Source: a virus
Length of the DNA stretch: 64,000 nucleotides
Strand: one strand, 5' to 3'
Virus record (IMG/VR): IMGVR_UViG_3300020391_000004
Span: 32,001 to 96,000 of that record
Shown here: one piece after another, positions 36,704 to 46,913 of the stretch
How positions within the stretch are numbered: the stretch's first letter is position 1
Layout: each line of letters opens with the position of its first letter
Made by a program: the position numbers and the translations under genes
Notes under the pieces: generated by a model
The model's input: the letters and a program-made list of their open reading frames with translations, nothing else
Told to the model about the DNA's origin: nothing
Databases searched by the model: none

Positions 36704-37538
36704 AGCGTTTTCCCGCCCATGCTTGTGTAGGTTTGTAGTCTGCTATGTTTGTTGGGTAATACTGCCAATTTTCTATCTCATATCCTAAATATTTTTCAAT
36801 TAAATTGTCTAAGTATCCTTGCTGATACACACAAAAATTACTAATGTTAAGAGGTATATTATTAATATAACATATAAATGCATACTGTACAAGTTCTTTT
36901 GATTGCAATATTTTCTTTTTATTTTTTATAAAGTCTTCCCACTTTTTGTCTAAGCCAACACTGTATTCATATCCTAGATTCTTTAAACACAATTTACATT
37001 CTAGTAAGAATTTTTCTTTATTGTAAAACCATCCAAATTTAAAAATTCTTTGTATATCTTTATTTTTTGCATGTTCATTATGTTTCATTAAAAGACCGTT
37101 ATTTGGTCTGTGCATAAGTTTAAAAAATTCACGCATACCAGTCAGACCATCATTTTGAAAAACTTCTGCTTGTTTAAATATATTGCCAAGTGGTTTACTA
37201 TCACTACTTTCCCCTTTGAAGCTAATTTTATCTTTGAAGTCCCATAAATTTTTAAAACTATTAATTTTTAACAAATCTAAACCAAACTCGCCACCAGCAT
37301 AAAATAAGTGCCACATCAAAATATGTAGATCGTCTACATTAGCTTCAATATTACACCATATATCATTTTCTTCGCAACTATGAACATGATCTACAATTTT
37401 GTTGAAATTTCCATTAGCATGAGCACCTTTTTTATCCGCATAAAAATTAAAGTCTTGTTGTACTCCAGATGCTACACTAAGACTTCTAGACAAAAAATTT
37501 CCATGTGACCCAGCTGGAAATAACAACTTAGGTAACAT
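36693..37538 (-). CDS. P-loop/sulfotransferase-like protein, paralog 2
   Basis: FPAGSHGNFLSRSL; start probably MLPKL. Confidence 0.35.
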   Translation of the reverse strand: MLPKLLFPAGSHGNFLSRSLSVASGVQQDFNFYADKKGAHANGNFNKIVDHVHSCEENDIWCNIEANVDDLHILMWHLFYAGGEFGLDLLKINSFKNLWDFKDKISFKGESSDSKPLGNIFKQAEVFQNDGLTGMREFFKLMHRPNNGLLMKHNEHAKNKDIQRIFKFGWFYNKEKFLLECKLCLKNLGYEYSVGLDKKWEDFIKNKKKILQSKELVQYAFICYINNIPLNISNFCVYQQGYLDNLIEKYLGYEIENWQYYPTNIADYKPTQAWAGKRYDI

Positions 37539-38217
37539 TACTAATTGCCTCCCGTAATTTATTCTTAGGCACATTAATATGGCGTTTATCGCAAACTTTT
37601 TCTATAACACACGTGTCACATTTAGGATTTCTACTTTTACAAATCCTTTTTGCATGTGTAATTAGTTGCATATGAGCCGCATACTTATATCTATCAGGAG
37701 TAGAATTATTTACAAGCACTGCACTTTTGCCTTCGTCTAAAGTGTCAGTCCAACCTAGTCTCCATAATAATCTGAACACATGAGTATCAACTGCAATGTG
37801 AGGCTGATTAAAAACAAAACGCATTACAATATCACTACTTTTTCTGCCTACGCCAGGAAGTTTCATTAGTTCTTTTTGTGTTTGAGGCACAACGCCATTG
37901 TATTGTTCAATTAATATTTTACTAGTCGCTAATATATTTTTTGACTTTGCGTTATATAAACCTGCAGGCTTTATTGCTTCTATAATATCTTCCTGTGTCA
38001 ATTTAATCATATCCCAAGCATTATCTGCTAAAGAAAATAGTTGTCTACACGCTACTGCAGTTCTTGCATCTTGACTTTGTGCTGATAACATTACACCAAT
38101 AAGACTAGTGTATGCATGTTTATGTATTTTAGCATCTGGTTTTTTATTCCTATACTTAGGCCAATAACTACTTAATTGTTCATATATGAAATCAATTTGT
38201 TCTTTATTTTTCATCAT
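37528..38217 (-). CDS. nth: Endonuclease III (HhH-GPD DNA glycosylase with 4Fe-4S)
   Basis: LSAQSQD, LPGVGRKS, AVDTHVFR, C-x6-C-x2-C-x5-C. Confidence 0.92.
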   Translation of the reverse strand: MMKNKEQIDFIYEQLSSYWPKYRNKKPDAKIHKHAYTSLIGVMLSAQSQDARTAVACRQLFSLADNAWDMIKLTQEDIIEAIKPAGLYNAKSKNILATSKILIEQYNGVVPQTQKELMKLPGVGRKSSDIVMRFVFNQPHIAVDTHVFRLLWRLGWTDTLDEGKSAVLVNNSTPDRYKYAAHMQLITHAKRICKSRNPKCDTCVIEKVCDKRHINVPKNKLREAISNVT

Positions 38218-38224
38218 AGTCCCG

Positions 38225-39112
38225 TCATTTAACTTTCCCTAAAATTTGTAAATCATTTATTGCTAGTTTGTCTACATTTTGAGGCGATACTGCTAGTACC
38301 ATACCATAGCCACCATTAAAAATAGTTAAAAATTCTCGCATATTCATTTTATCTTGGCACTTAAAATATAAGTCAGACCACCATCCCTCTCTTTTAAAAT
38401 TAAGTCCATTGTCCAAAGTTACTTCTAAAGTGTGTTCTCTACCTTTTAACATTCTTGGAATATTCTCAATAAGACCACCACCAGTAATATGTGATACACC
38501 GTTAATGAACTGGTGGTTATTTAATATTTCATTTGTGTAAATTCTTGTGGGCGTAAGTGGTATTTCATTGAGTGGTAATATTTTTCTTAACATACTGAAC
38601 CCATTTGAATGTGGGCCACTTGAGGGGATACCGACAAGAATATCACCTTCTTGTACAATTCTAGGAAAATGTCTATCCACTACAGTACCTACCACGAACC
38701 CAGCAAGATCAAACTTTGATCCTTCATAAACTCCAGGCATCTCGGCAGTTTCACCACCCATAAGAGTACAACCAGCAAGTTCACAACCTTTTAATATTCC
38801 ATTAAGTATTTCTTTTGATTTATCTAGACATATTTCTCCTGTTGCATAATAATCAAGAAATCCTATAGGTTGTGCAAATTTACATAGGATATCGTTTACA
38901 CACATTGCTACAAGATCAATACCTATAGTATCAAACTTATCATGACCTTCTGCTACTAAAATCTTTGTACCAACTCCGTCTGTGGATATTACAACTTCCT
39001 CTCCACCAATCATTATAGAAGCACCGAAATCTTTGAATCCAAGATATTTTGCTATCTTATTTCCTTTTTCAATATTCACTCCAGCATCAGAATATGCGTT
39101 CGTTTTCATCAT
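38225..39112 (-). CDS. purM: Phosphoribosylformylglycinamidine cyclo-ligase (AIR synthase)
   Basis: Y..AGVNI, TDGVGTK, AMCVND, GGETAEMPG, HSNGFS, HITGGGL; start MMKTN. Confidence 0.93.
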   Translation of the reverse strand: MMKTNAYSDAGVNIEKGNKIAKYLGFKDFGASIMIGGEEVVISTDGVGTKILVAEGHDKFDTIGIDLVAMCVNDILCKFAQPIGFLDYYATGEICLDKSKEILNGILKGCELAGCTLMGGETAEMPGVYEGSKFDLAGFVVGTVVDRHFPRIVQEGDILVGIPSSGPHSNGFSMLRKILPLNEIPLTPTRIYTNEILNNHQFINGVSHITGGGLIENIPRMLKGREHTLEVTLDNGLNFKREGWWSDLYFKCQDKMNMREFLTIFNGGYGMVLAVSPQNVDKLAINDLQILGKVK

Positions 39113-39792
39113 AGCCCTGCTTCTTTTAAAATGTGTTTTACCCATTCAGTATCTGCAAAGTAATCTACAAATTTACGTTTCCAAAAATCTGGATCAATAT
39201 ATGGAAATACCATTTCTATTTGTTCAGTACTTAGTTTGTTCAATGCATCTTGTCCGCTAGTACAATTATAAATTATCCAACTACTAATACGACCTGTAGT
39301 GATATCTTTAACAAGAACATTGCTACTAACATAATAAAAATAATGATTAAATATACTTTCCTTTTGTTCCGCCCATGCTTCCATAGTTTTTATACTGCGT
39401 TCTAATGCATCTTGTGTTGCTTCTGTACGTAAATGTTCAAACAAGTATTCTTGATATACAATATCTTTTGTCCAATAGTCTAGTTTCTTATTTTTTGCTA
39501 TAACCCAGTCAATAAATTTTTGTGTATTGATAGCACGAATGTTTACCATATGTCTGCCAAACTTTACAAATGCATTGTAGTATGGACTTGTACTAAAGTC
39601 AGTATATGTTTTAAACTTAGCACTGCCTTGTGTAAGTTCATAAAATCGGAGATAAGCAGTCATGCCTAATTTGACCCCGGGCTCATGTTCTTGCTGAGCA
39701 CGACGCTTAGGTTCGCAAAGGTGGGCAGCAAGTGTAGACTCCTTGCGAAACTCCTTGCCACAGTATTGGCATTTGTAATCTTTTGTTTCCAT
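39109..39792 (-). CDS. Hypothetical protein with N-terminal Zn-finger
   Basis: C-x2-C...H.C (CQYCGKEFRKESTLAAHLC). Confidence 0.6.
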   Translation of the reverse strand: METKDYKCQYCGKEFRKESTLAAHLCEPKRRAQQEHEPGVKLGMTAYLRFYELTQGSAKFKTYTDFSTSPYYNAFVKFGRHMVNIRAINTQKFIDWVIAKNKKLDYWTKDIVYQEYLFEHLRTEATQDALERSIKTMEAWAEQKESIFNHYFYYVSSNVLVKDITTGRISSWIIYNCTSGQDALNKLSTEQIEMVFPYIDPDFWKRKFVDYFADTEWVKHILKEAGL

Positions 39793-39839
39793 TTTACGAT
39801 TTATTATAGCATCTTTTATTATTTCTGTAAACTGTTGAT

Positions 39840-40478
39840 TCATCTTATTTCATTTATCCACAGCTCGTAATATTTTTTAATCCATTCGGATACACTATCA
39901 AAGTCAGTGTATCCTAAACAATTGTAAAATGATCTTAGCCCGTTAACGGTAGTTGATATATCTTCATACCAATTTGTATTCCAAACTAAGTCTGTTTGGC
40001 TCCACCATTTTTCTTCTTTATGCATACTGTGACTAAATCTTTTACTTAAAAAAGTTTCACAATTTACAAAAATAATTTCTTTCGCATTAGGAAATACTTT
40101 TAAATTGGAATATCTAGTATGTTCATCATGACACACATAAAAGAAGTCATAATTTATTTGTTTTGTTAATTGTATAGCAGTATCATTAAATGGCAACCCT
40201 ACTTCTAACTCGCCTAATATTGCTCCATGTTCAAGTGTGCCACTTAATTTTAGATCACCAAATAATTCATTACATCCTAATCCTAAATCATTCCAAGGGC
40301 CACTATGTCCTTTTATTTTGTTAATAAGGAATGTCTTTTTTTGTTCCTGTGTATAATGGATTAAGTCCTGATGTTGTAAAACTGCATGATTACTAACTCC
40401 TAAACAATTAATAAGAAACTTACCTCCAGCACCTGGCGGATAACATACAAAAATAATTTTGTTAGTTTCGTAATTCAA
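39840..40478 (-). CDS. P-loop/sulfotransferase-like protein, paralog 3
   Basis: YPPGAGGKFLINCL. Confidence 0.35.
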   Translation of the reverse strand: MNYETNKIIFVCYPPGAGGKFLINCLGVSNHAVLQHQDLIHYTQEQKKTFLINKIKGHSGPWNDLGLGCNELFGDLKLSGTLEHGAILGELEVGLPFNDTAIQLTKQINYDFFYVCHDEHTRYSNLKVFPNAKEIIFVNCETFLSKRFSHSMHKEEKWWSQTDLVWNTNWYEDISTTVNGLRSFYNCLGYTDFDSVSEWIKKYYELWINEIR

Positions 40479-41529
40479 AGTAATCCTCTTGTTTTGTATT
40501 CCTGCGTAAGTCTAATGTTATACAATGTAATCCACCATCCCAGAAGTATCTATGACGCCATTGAATGTAAACTGGTTCTATATTATGTTTACGTAAAAAC
40601 TTATTTACTTGCATGTTGTTATTTTGACTGACGCAACAATGATTGCTATCCAACATTAGCACATTTACATCAAAGACAGTTTCCTCTACATAACCTACCC
40701 AGTCAGTTAGCCAGGTCTCTACAAATTCTGTAAAAGCATTGTTTTCTTCTTCACCAGGTAACCACCATTTACCATCATTCTTATGTTTCAATTGCAAAAA
40801 AGGACTCAATTTATTCCAACTTTGTTCAGGTAAATAACAAACCTCCCAGTCTGGAAAACTATCTTTATATTTTTGTACACCTTCTAAACTTATTATCGCT
40901 CCGGGTTTGACTGTATGAAATGAAGCATCATTGTGTCCACCTATGTCTAAAAAATAATTTCTAAACTTGTAATTAGTTGCACGATCTATACAATCACTTG
41001 CATACTGCCATTTATCTTTTTCGAGGTTAAAAATATCTACATAAATGTCTTTACCTACTACAGTAATATTTGGAGCATCAATAGGAAAGATATCATTATT
41101 ATTATTTTTAAAATATAATTTATTCAGGTCTACAATATTTTCATTATCGTATTTTTCTAGTGCCTGTATAATACTAAAATGATCTCCATTGCAATAAATT
41201 AATTTATCACTTGCTACAAACTGTCCGTCCCTAGGTTGTAACGGTGCTCTAGGTACACCTTGTTCTCCTTGTATACTGCCATCCTGTTCTAAAAAATCCG
41301 TAATCTTATCGCGAGGATTTACTATTGGTCTAATTACTTCACAACCAAATTGCTTAAGGACAGTTTCAAAATTTTGTAAATCTTCTTGTGTTTCATCAGC
41401 TATCTTTTGTAGATTAGATTTTACACTACTATTTGGCATACTTGAAAAAAAGTCTGCACTGTAACAATCACCTAGCATGACTGCTTCTAATTTATCCCAT
41501 TTATTATAATTAAGATACTTACTCACCAT
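40462..41529 (-). CDS. Amidinotransferase family protein, paralog 2
   Basis: WDKLEAVMLG, QPRD, GGHND, WDGGLHCITLD; C-terminal half closely similar to 1026..2186. Confidence 0.8.
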   Translation of the reverse strand: MVSKYLNYNKWDKLEAVMLGDCYSADFFSSMPNSSVKSNLQKIADETQEDLQNFETVLKQFGCEVIRPIVNPRDKITDFLEQDGSIQGEQGVPRAPLQPRDGQFVASDKLIYCNGDHFSIIQALEKYDNENIVDLNKLYFKNNNNDIFPIDAPNITVVGKDIYVDIFNLEKDKWQYASDCIDRATNYKFRNYFLDIGGHNDASFHTVKPGAIISLEGVQKYKDSFPDWEVCYLPEQSWNKLSPFLQLKHKNDGKWWLPGEEENNAFTEFVETWLTDWVGYVEETVFDVNVLMLDSNHCCVSQNNNMQVNKFLRKHNIEPVYIQWRHRYFWDGGLHCITLDLRRNTKQEDYFELRN

Positions 41530-41959
41530 ACAACTTTGCTATCTCTTTTAAATCTTTGTCTGTATACATTTCTGCCAACATATCTATTTCATCGCTTTTA
41601 ACACGAGGATGTAAACGTTCTACTTCTTTACGTCTTTTACTACTATTATTTTTATCTTTCTTTTTGTGTCCTACCCATTGATGAAACTGTGTACCCATGC
41701 CTGGACTAACTGTGCATAACAACTGCCATACTAGTTTAGGATGTTTTGCTAGTTCAAAGTATGTACAATTTACACGTTGGTTACCTGCCATAAGATAATA
41801 TGTTTGTAATTCATTCGTGCCTTTTACTAAACTTACATATCGATTTAGTAAGAAAGGTGATAATTGCTTTTGATGCTCAGGCGTAAGCCGATCATAAAAA
41901 GTATAATCTTTTTTATCTATAGCCGATAGTACTGTATTAAGTTGTAGTTTATTAGACAT
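41519..41959 (-). CDS. Clamp loader small subunit-like (T4 gp62-like)
   Basis: PFLLNRYVS...N.RVN....KHPKL.W.LL...FHQW pattern; located in the replication module. Confidence 0.5.
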   Translation of the reverse strand: MSNKLQLNTVLSAIDKKDYTFYDRLTPEHQKQLSPFLLNRYVSLVKGTNELQTYYLMAGNQRVNCTYFELAKHPKLVWQLLCTVSPGMGTQFHQWVGHKKKDKNNSSKRRKEVERLHPRVKSDEIDMLAEMYTDKDLKEIAKLYGE

Positions 41960-42614
41960 TTATATGTTCCATTAAAAAGTCTGCGTACACAGAATGTCCT
42001 TGTGTATCGGCATGCCCATGCCAACCGAAATGTTCGTAATCCCATGGTTTTAAATTAGCATCTTTTATTATACTATGCAAACTGTTTTTATAAAAGTTTA
42101 ATATTTTAGGTCTTGCATTTATCTGTTCCGCAACACCTTTGCCAAATTCAAAGTTAGAATCATAATGATAATCATTTCCAAGATTATGTAATAAAAAATT
42201 TATATTATTAGATTCTAAATAATCGTGTAATAGTATAATATTAAATAGTGCTTTGGTTTCACAATACTGCCATTCTGTTAGGTCCGCATAACGTAGTAAG
42301 TCTTCACCTTGTAATGGTATAACACAATGCTCTTCAGAAAAGGATTTATAAGGAAACTTAACAAAGTCACCTGGGTCATCTGTGTGTACTTCTAATACTT
42401 GGCTAGATCCAAATCCAATAAGCATAAATGCATCTTTGTTTATAAAACTGTAACGCATTGCACTTCTAATAATTTTTTCTACGCCCTTGCCATTATGTCC
42501 GTAGTGATCTAATTCTAATCCTAATTTTTCTGCAACATAATGTCCTGTATTTTTATTTTGCCCTGTTGGAAGTAAATGACTGAAACTACTACCATCGTAA
42601 TATAACTTATCCAT
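41952..42614 (-). CDS. SGNH hydrolase-like protein, paralog 3
   Basis: DGSSFS, GHNGKG, GHADTQGH. Confidence 0.5.
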   Translation of the reverse strand: MDKLYYDGSSFSHLLPTGQNKNTGHYVAEKLGLELDHYGHNGKGVEKIIRSAMRYSFINKDAFMLIGFGSSQVLEVHTDDPGDFVKFPYKSFSEEHCVIPLQGEDLLRYADLTEWQYCETKALFNIILLHDYLESNNINFLLHNLGNDYHYDSNFEFGKGVAEQINARPKILNFYKNSLHSIIKDANLKPWDYEHFGWHGHADTQGHSVYADFLMEHINV

Positions 42615-42879
42615 ACCAATAACCTCCTGTTTCTAATACATCACTAAATGCTAACATAAACATACGTGCATCGTCAAGTTTTGCAAACTTTATAATTACA
42701 TGTGAACCTTCTTTTTGATAATCATATTTTAAACCACTACGGATTTTTAAATAATTGTTTACTCTATCTATAAGATCTGCAATAAGTGTTCCGCTATTCA
42801 CTCTTAAATAAAAATCAAGTTCTACAGTAAATTCAAAAGCACGATAATCAATTTGATATATTTTACCAGGCTCTATCAA
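42607..42879 (-). CDS. Hypothetical protein
   Basis: Track ORF 42607..43011 overlaps the upstream gene; TTG at 42879 is a more plausible start. Confidence 0.45.
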   Translation of the reverse strand: MIEPGKIYQIDYRAFEFTVELDFYLRVNSGTLIADLIDRVNNYLKIRSGLKYDYQKEGSHVIIKFAKLDDARMFMLAFSDVLETGGYWYG

Positions 42880-43366
42880 TGCTAACGATTTCGTTTTGCT
42901 TGTTGATTTCTTTGGCGCAGTAAACGCATTTTGGGTTCTCAACACCAGTTTCAATGGGTATTGCAAGTATCTGTCCTTGTTTAAGTTTGGGAAAGAACCA
43001 TTTAACATCACTATAAATATCCACTATATTTACAGGTAAGTAATCATGCCTAAAATCTCCAAGTGGATTGAATAAAAACGCATCAAATCCTCTATCGTTT
43101 AGACTACTAAACGCCAACATTTCTAAGTCTCCGCAATGTTTATCACCTATTAGTATTTTCCAATCAACAGGCATACGTATTTTATGTTTGCCTATTTCTA
43201 AAACTACTGCCGGACTGTTAAAACTTTCTAAAAATATAAGCGGAATAAAAAAGTAATCAGGATCTGCTGGATTGCTATTATCTAAAATAGCAAATCTAAG
43301 ATCATCAACCTCATCAGGTATATCATTCATTTCATATGCAGTATTTTCTAAAGTTAAAATCCGCAT
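42863..43366 (-). CDS. Hypothetical protein
   Basis: MRILTLEN...PLIFLESFNSPAVVL; coupled to the ClpP-like gene (TAATG). Confidence 0.6.
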   Translation of the reverse strand: MRILTLENTAYEMNDIPDEVDDLRFAILDNSNPADPDYFFIPLIFLESFNSPAVVLEIGKHKIRMPVDWKILIGDKHCGDLEMLAFSSLNDRGFDAFLFNPLGDFRHDYLPVNIVDIYSDVKWFFPKLKQGQILAIPIETGVENPKCVYCAKEINKQNEIVSIDRAW

Positions 43367-43935
43367 TAATAAACTGCTTTTATCTTATCAGCAATACCAT
43401 ATTTTACTGCCTCTTTTGCACTCAACCATACATCTTCTGCAGGTAATAAAAGTTCTCTAATTTTCTTTTCCGTCATTCCTGTGCATTTTTTATAGTGTGC
43501 AATCATACGTTCTGTTGATAGTTCAAACTCTCTTACTCGGGCAAAAAGTTCATGCTCCTTACCACTGCTACCCCAACTATATTGGTGAGATAAGATACTT
43601 GTATTAGGCGTTAGTATACGTCTACCTTTTTCACCTGCCATAAATGTAAGTATACCACAACTTGCTATCAGTCCTAGTCCAACAGTTTTAATTGGAATTG
43701 CACTACCTTTCATTGTATCTATTAAAGCAAAGGCTGCATGAACACTACCACCTGGGCTATTAATAATTAGTGTTAGTTCTTTTGGTCGTTGCACAGATGG
43801 TAAAAGATTCTTTTCTATTATCCATTGTACAATAGGCTTAGTAGATTCAAATGTAAATCCATCAGCCATGTAATAAATTCCTGTTTCCCACATCATCATT
43901 CCTGGATCGGGAGTTCCTTGTTTTTTCTCAGCCAT
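43366..43935 (-). CDS. ClpP-like serine protease
   Basis: INSPGGSV, IASCG (nucleophile Ser), SHQYS (His), WLSA.EA..YGIAD. Confidence 0.85.
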   Translation of the reverse strand: MAEKKQGTPDPGMMMWETGIYYMADGFTFESTKPIVQWIIEKNLLPSVQRPKELTLIINSPGGSVHAAFALIDTMKGSAIPIKTVGLGLIASCGILTFMAGEKGRRILTPNTSILSHQYSWGSSGKEHELFARVREFELSTERMIAHYKKCTGMTEKKIRELLLPAEDVWLSAKEAVKYGIADKIKAVY

Positions 43936-44317
43936 TTTCTTCAACCTTATCTTTCTTTTTTAAATTTAAAATATAAACTGCGAGTGCTAGTATCAGTATT
44001 GCACCTGCACTACTCACCAGTACCCACGGCTCGCTTTCTTTTCCTTGAAGTATTAATAATCTACACAATGCAGTAATTGCAATTACAATAGGAAACGTAA
44101 CTGGTATTACATGTGTACTATAGTATGCGCCTACCATACCAATTATTTCTACGTATATAAACAACAAAAATAAATCAGCAAGATTAACGGACAATGACAA
44201 GTACATATTATAAACATCTAAAGATGCTGCGACAATTGTTAAACAACCTATTACACCCAACATAAACTTTTCAGTTATAAGTGTAGTCCAATGTAATTGT
44301 TTGGAAAAATCATCCAT
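43928..44317 (-). CDS. psiE: Phosphate-starvation-inducible PsiE family membrane protein
   Basis: LADL.LLFIY.EII.MV..Y...IP..F...IAITAL.R.LI. Confidence 0.8.
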   Translation of the reverse strand: MDDFSKQLHWTTLITEKFMLGVIGCLTIVAASLDVYNMYLSLSVNLADLFLLFIYVEIIGMVGAYYSTHVIPVTFPIVIAITALCRLLILQGKESEPWVLVSSAGAILILALAVYILNLKKKDKVEENG

Positions 44318-44457
44318 TATTTCTTACCTTGTCCTCTATACATTTTCCATGATCTTTTTTTATGCTTGTTCATTTTACAAATAGAAGGCTTTCTGCCTAT
44401 ACTTGTCTTTACTTTTGTTGCTTCATGAACGGCAACCGTTCTATACATTTTTGCCAT
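44317..44457 (-). CDS. Small basic phage protein (46 aa)
   Basis: Hand translation MAKMYRT...KTSIG...MNKHKKRSWKMYRGQGKK; GGAG RBS and TAATG coupling. Confidence 0.7.
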   Translation of the reverse strand: MAKMYRTVAVHEATKVKTSIGRKPSICKMNKHKKRSWKMYRGQGKK

Positions 44458-44466
44458 ATTTACTCC

Positions 44467-45927
44467 TTAAATATTCCAATCAGCTTTTTCGACCGTGAAT
44501 GGATAGTTTGCTTCTTTATAGAATGCTTTACGTTTTGTTAAATGTCTTTTTGCAAATTTACAAGTGCTGGTTATGTCCCAGATTTGTACGAAGTCTTTGT
44601 CTTCTGCTTTTCTGATCCCTCTTCCAATACTTTGGATAACCCTAACAAAAGACTTGCCAGGCTCAACAAGCACAAGATTAAAAATACGAGGAATGTTAAT
44701 ACCCACCGCCGCCACCCCGTAGGTTGCAATGATAACCTTTCCTGTAGCAGTTGATATCTCGTCATATTCTGTTTTTCTATCTGCACCTTTTGTACTCCCC
44801 GATACAAAGACACTATCTGGTATACGACTTTCTAGTTCATTACCAGCCGCAATTCTATCAACTAAGATAAGTGTATTGCCTGTATCTTTTATACTATCAC
44901 ATAAACTACTTATATAATCTAATCGACCTTTATCTTCTAATAAGTATTTAAGTTCACTCTGATAGTTAGTATGGATAGCGGTATCGATCATTTGTACTAC
45001 GTTCACATGACACTCTGCAAGTACGCCTTTATCTTGTAATTCTTTTGCACTTATTTGATTTATTACAGGGCCAATACTACAAACTATTCCTACACTTTCA
45101 AACTTTTCTTTTGGCACTGTGCCTGTTAGTCCCCAACGGATAGGAATATGTGACATGACTCCGGTAAGTAGAGCAGTAAGTGCATCTGCTTTTGCCATGT
45201 GTACCTCATCAACCATAATACAAACTACATCTTCAATAAATTCGCCTATAGTAATTGGTGCTACACTATTTTTTGTATTCTTTAACAATATATTAAGACT
45301 TTGCCATGTACAGATTGTATGTGTTCTGCCAAACTCTTTACGGTCTCCAAAGTAAACACCAACATCTAATCCCATGTTTACATAATCTTCTTCTGTCTGT
45401 GTAACAAGACTTTTGTTTGGAACTATTACAATACTTCTACCATATTGTTCTACACTCTTACTGAGAGCCGCCGTCATTAAAGTTTTACCTGCACCTGTAG
45501 CAATTTCCTGTAGACTTTGTTGATTATTTAGAAAGCCATTAATAGTTTCTACTTGATAGTCTCTTAGTTTTATAGGAGTTCCTGCAACTGGGTGTCCTTC
45601 GGGCCATAGTATATCTGAAAATGTATCTTCGTCAACAGGTTCTAGTCTAAAGTCTGTTTCATATTCACGTAAGTCATTCAATGTAACGTCATACCCTTGG
45701 CTTTCTAATACAGGCAATATGTCAGGTAATAAATTTATATATGTGCTACCACCTAATTGAAAGAATGCTTTCTTGCCATCCCAACGTCCTAGTTTTACTG
45801 CTGGCAAATATCTGGCATAAGGTATCTCATACTTGAACATATTACTTAACTTACGTCTAGTGTCCAAGTCTAGTCCTTCTATCTTTACATTTACTTCATC
45901 TTTAACATGTAGCACTGCTGGCTTCAT
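44467..45927 (-). CDS. UvsW-like superfamily 2 helicase
   Basis: IATGAGKT, DEVH, GLTGT, QSIGRG.R. Confidence 0.9.
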   Translation of the reverse strand: MKPAVLHVKDEVNVKIEGLDLDTRRKLSNMFKYEIPYARYLPAVKLGRWDGKKAFFQLGGSTYINLLPDILPVLESQGYDVTLNDLREYETDFRLEPVDEDTFSDILWPEGHPVAGTPIKLRDYQVETINGFLNNQQSLQEIATGAGKTLMTAALSKSVEQYGRSIVIVPNKSLVTQTEEDYVNMGLDVGVYFGDRKEFGRTHTICTWQSLNILLKNTKNSVAPITIGEFIEDVVCIMVDEVHMAKADALTALLTGVMSHIPIRWGLTGTVPKEKFESVGIVCSIGPVINQISAKELQDKGVLAECHVNVVQMIDTAIHTNYQSELKYLLEDKGRLDYISSLCDSIKDTGNTLILVDRIAAGNELESRIPDSVFVSGSTKGADRKTEYDEISTATGKVIIATYGVAAVGINIPRIFNLVLVEPGKSFVRVIQSIGRGIRKAEDKDFVQIWDITSTCKFAKRHLTKRKAFYKEANYPFTVEKADWNI

Positions 45928-46913
45928 ACTATCAGTCCTTTACTAATAGTTTTATTATACACAAGTTCGTCTAATTTATCAATCATTTTAGGTGTGTTTA
46001 ATTTTTTAATTGCAATCTCTCTTATATTACGTTTTAGTAACAAAGATCTGTTGAACTCTAGGCGTTTTATAATATCATTTGTTAAAATTTCATGTGCATT
46101 TTTAAGTATATCTTTATTATCATTCAATAATCTAAAGGTTCGATCAAAAGGATTGGTTATAAATTCACTGGTATAATCTACTACGTCAGTAAACATATCA
46201 AATCCAATTCGTTCCATACTTGTAGCCATTCCGTAACCACTAATAATTGGAATATTATATGCTAAGAATGACCAAAATGTTTTTTCACTAAGATGACATC
46301 CATATTCCCAAAAACTTACATCATTAACAATGTTAAATACTGCGTCACTCGCGTGAGGATAAAATACATTTAAAAATGTATCAGCAGTTGGTGACTCAAA
46401 TGGATCTGAACCAATTAATTTCTTTGGTAATCCGGGATAAAGTTCATTTATAAAAAGTAAATGTTCTCCTATACCTTCGTCTTCTACATTAAATCCGGCA
46501 GTATAAAAATATTCTTTTGGTTCAAAATTTTGATTTATCCAACTACTAGCAATAATTCTATGAAATCTTGCTTTATTATTAAATGTAACAAATTTGTACT
46601 TGCGGGATAGTTTAGGTTTATCATCATTGTTGAATTGTTTTATATTAAGATCCATAATAGGTATATAAATTTTGTTAAAATTATCTTCAACATATATGTA
46701 ACTATCATACAACCAAATTGTATGCTCTGGATCTATACAGTTATCAATTAATTTATTTTGTCCAATATTTTGTAATAAAAGTTCCTGTTTAGTCTTTGAA
46801 TAGTCTATATCATAATAGGAAAAATGATCAACAACTAATACAAAATTACTGTCAATAGTTTCATTATTATAATCTGAGCCTTCTATTTCTTTAAATGTAC
46901 TTCGCAATTTCAC
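45924..46913 (-). CDS. GT10-like protein, paralog 3
   Basis: VFNIVND..FWE...LSEKTF......PII.GY....E.IGFDMF.DVVD. Confidence 0.5.
   Translation of the reverse strand: MKLRSTFKEIEGSDYNNETIDSNFVLVVDHFSYYDIDYSKTKQELLLQNIGQNKLIDNCIDPEHTIWLYDSYIYVEDNFNKIYIPIMDLNIKQFNNDDKPKLSRKYKFVTFNNKARFHRIIASSWINQNFEPKEYFYTAGFNVEDEGIGEHLLFINELYPGLPKKLIGSDPFESPTADTFLNVFYPHASDAVFNIVNDVSFWEYGCHLSEKTFWSFLAYNIPIISGYGMATSMERIGFDMFTDVVDYTSEFITNPFDRTFRLLNDNKDILKNAHEILTNDIIKRLEFNRSLLLKRNIREIAIKKLNTPKMIDKLDELVYNKTISKGLIV

Noticed and set aside
1026-41529. Amidinotransferases as 7-deazaguanine (dG+) DNA modification genes
   Set aside because: No dpdA, folE, queC, queD or queE-like genes in the window; the radical SAMs carry auxiliary Cys domains unlike QueE; the family differs from ArcS/QueF-like enzymes.
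42880-43011. 5' extension of ORF 42607..43011
   Set aside because: It overlaps the upstream conserved gene by about 150 nt; a TTG start at 42879 is more plausible.
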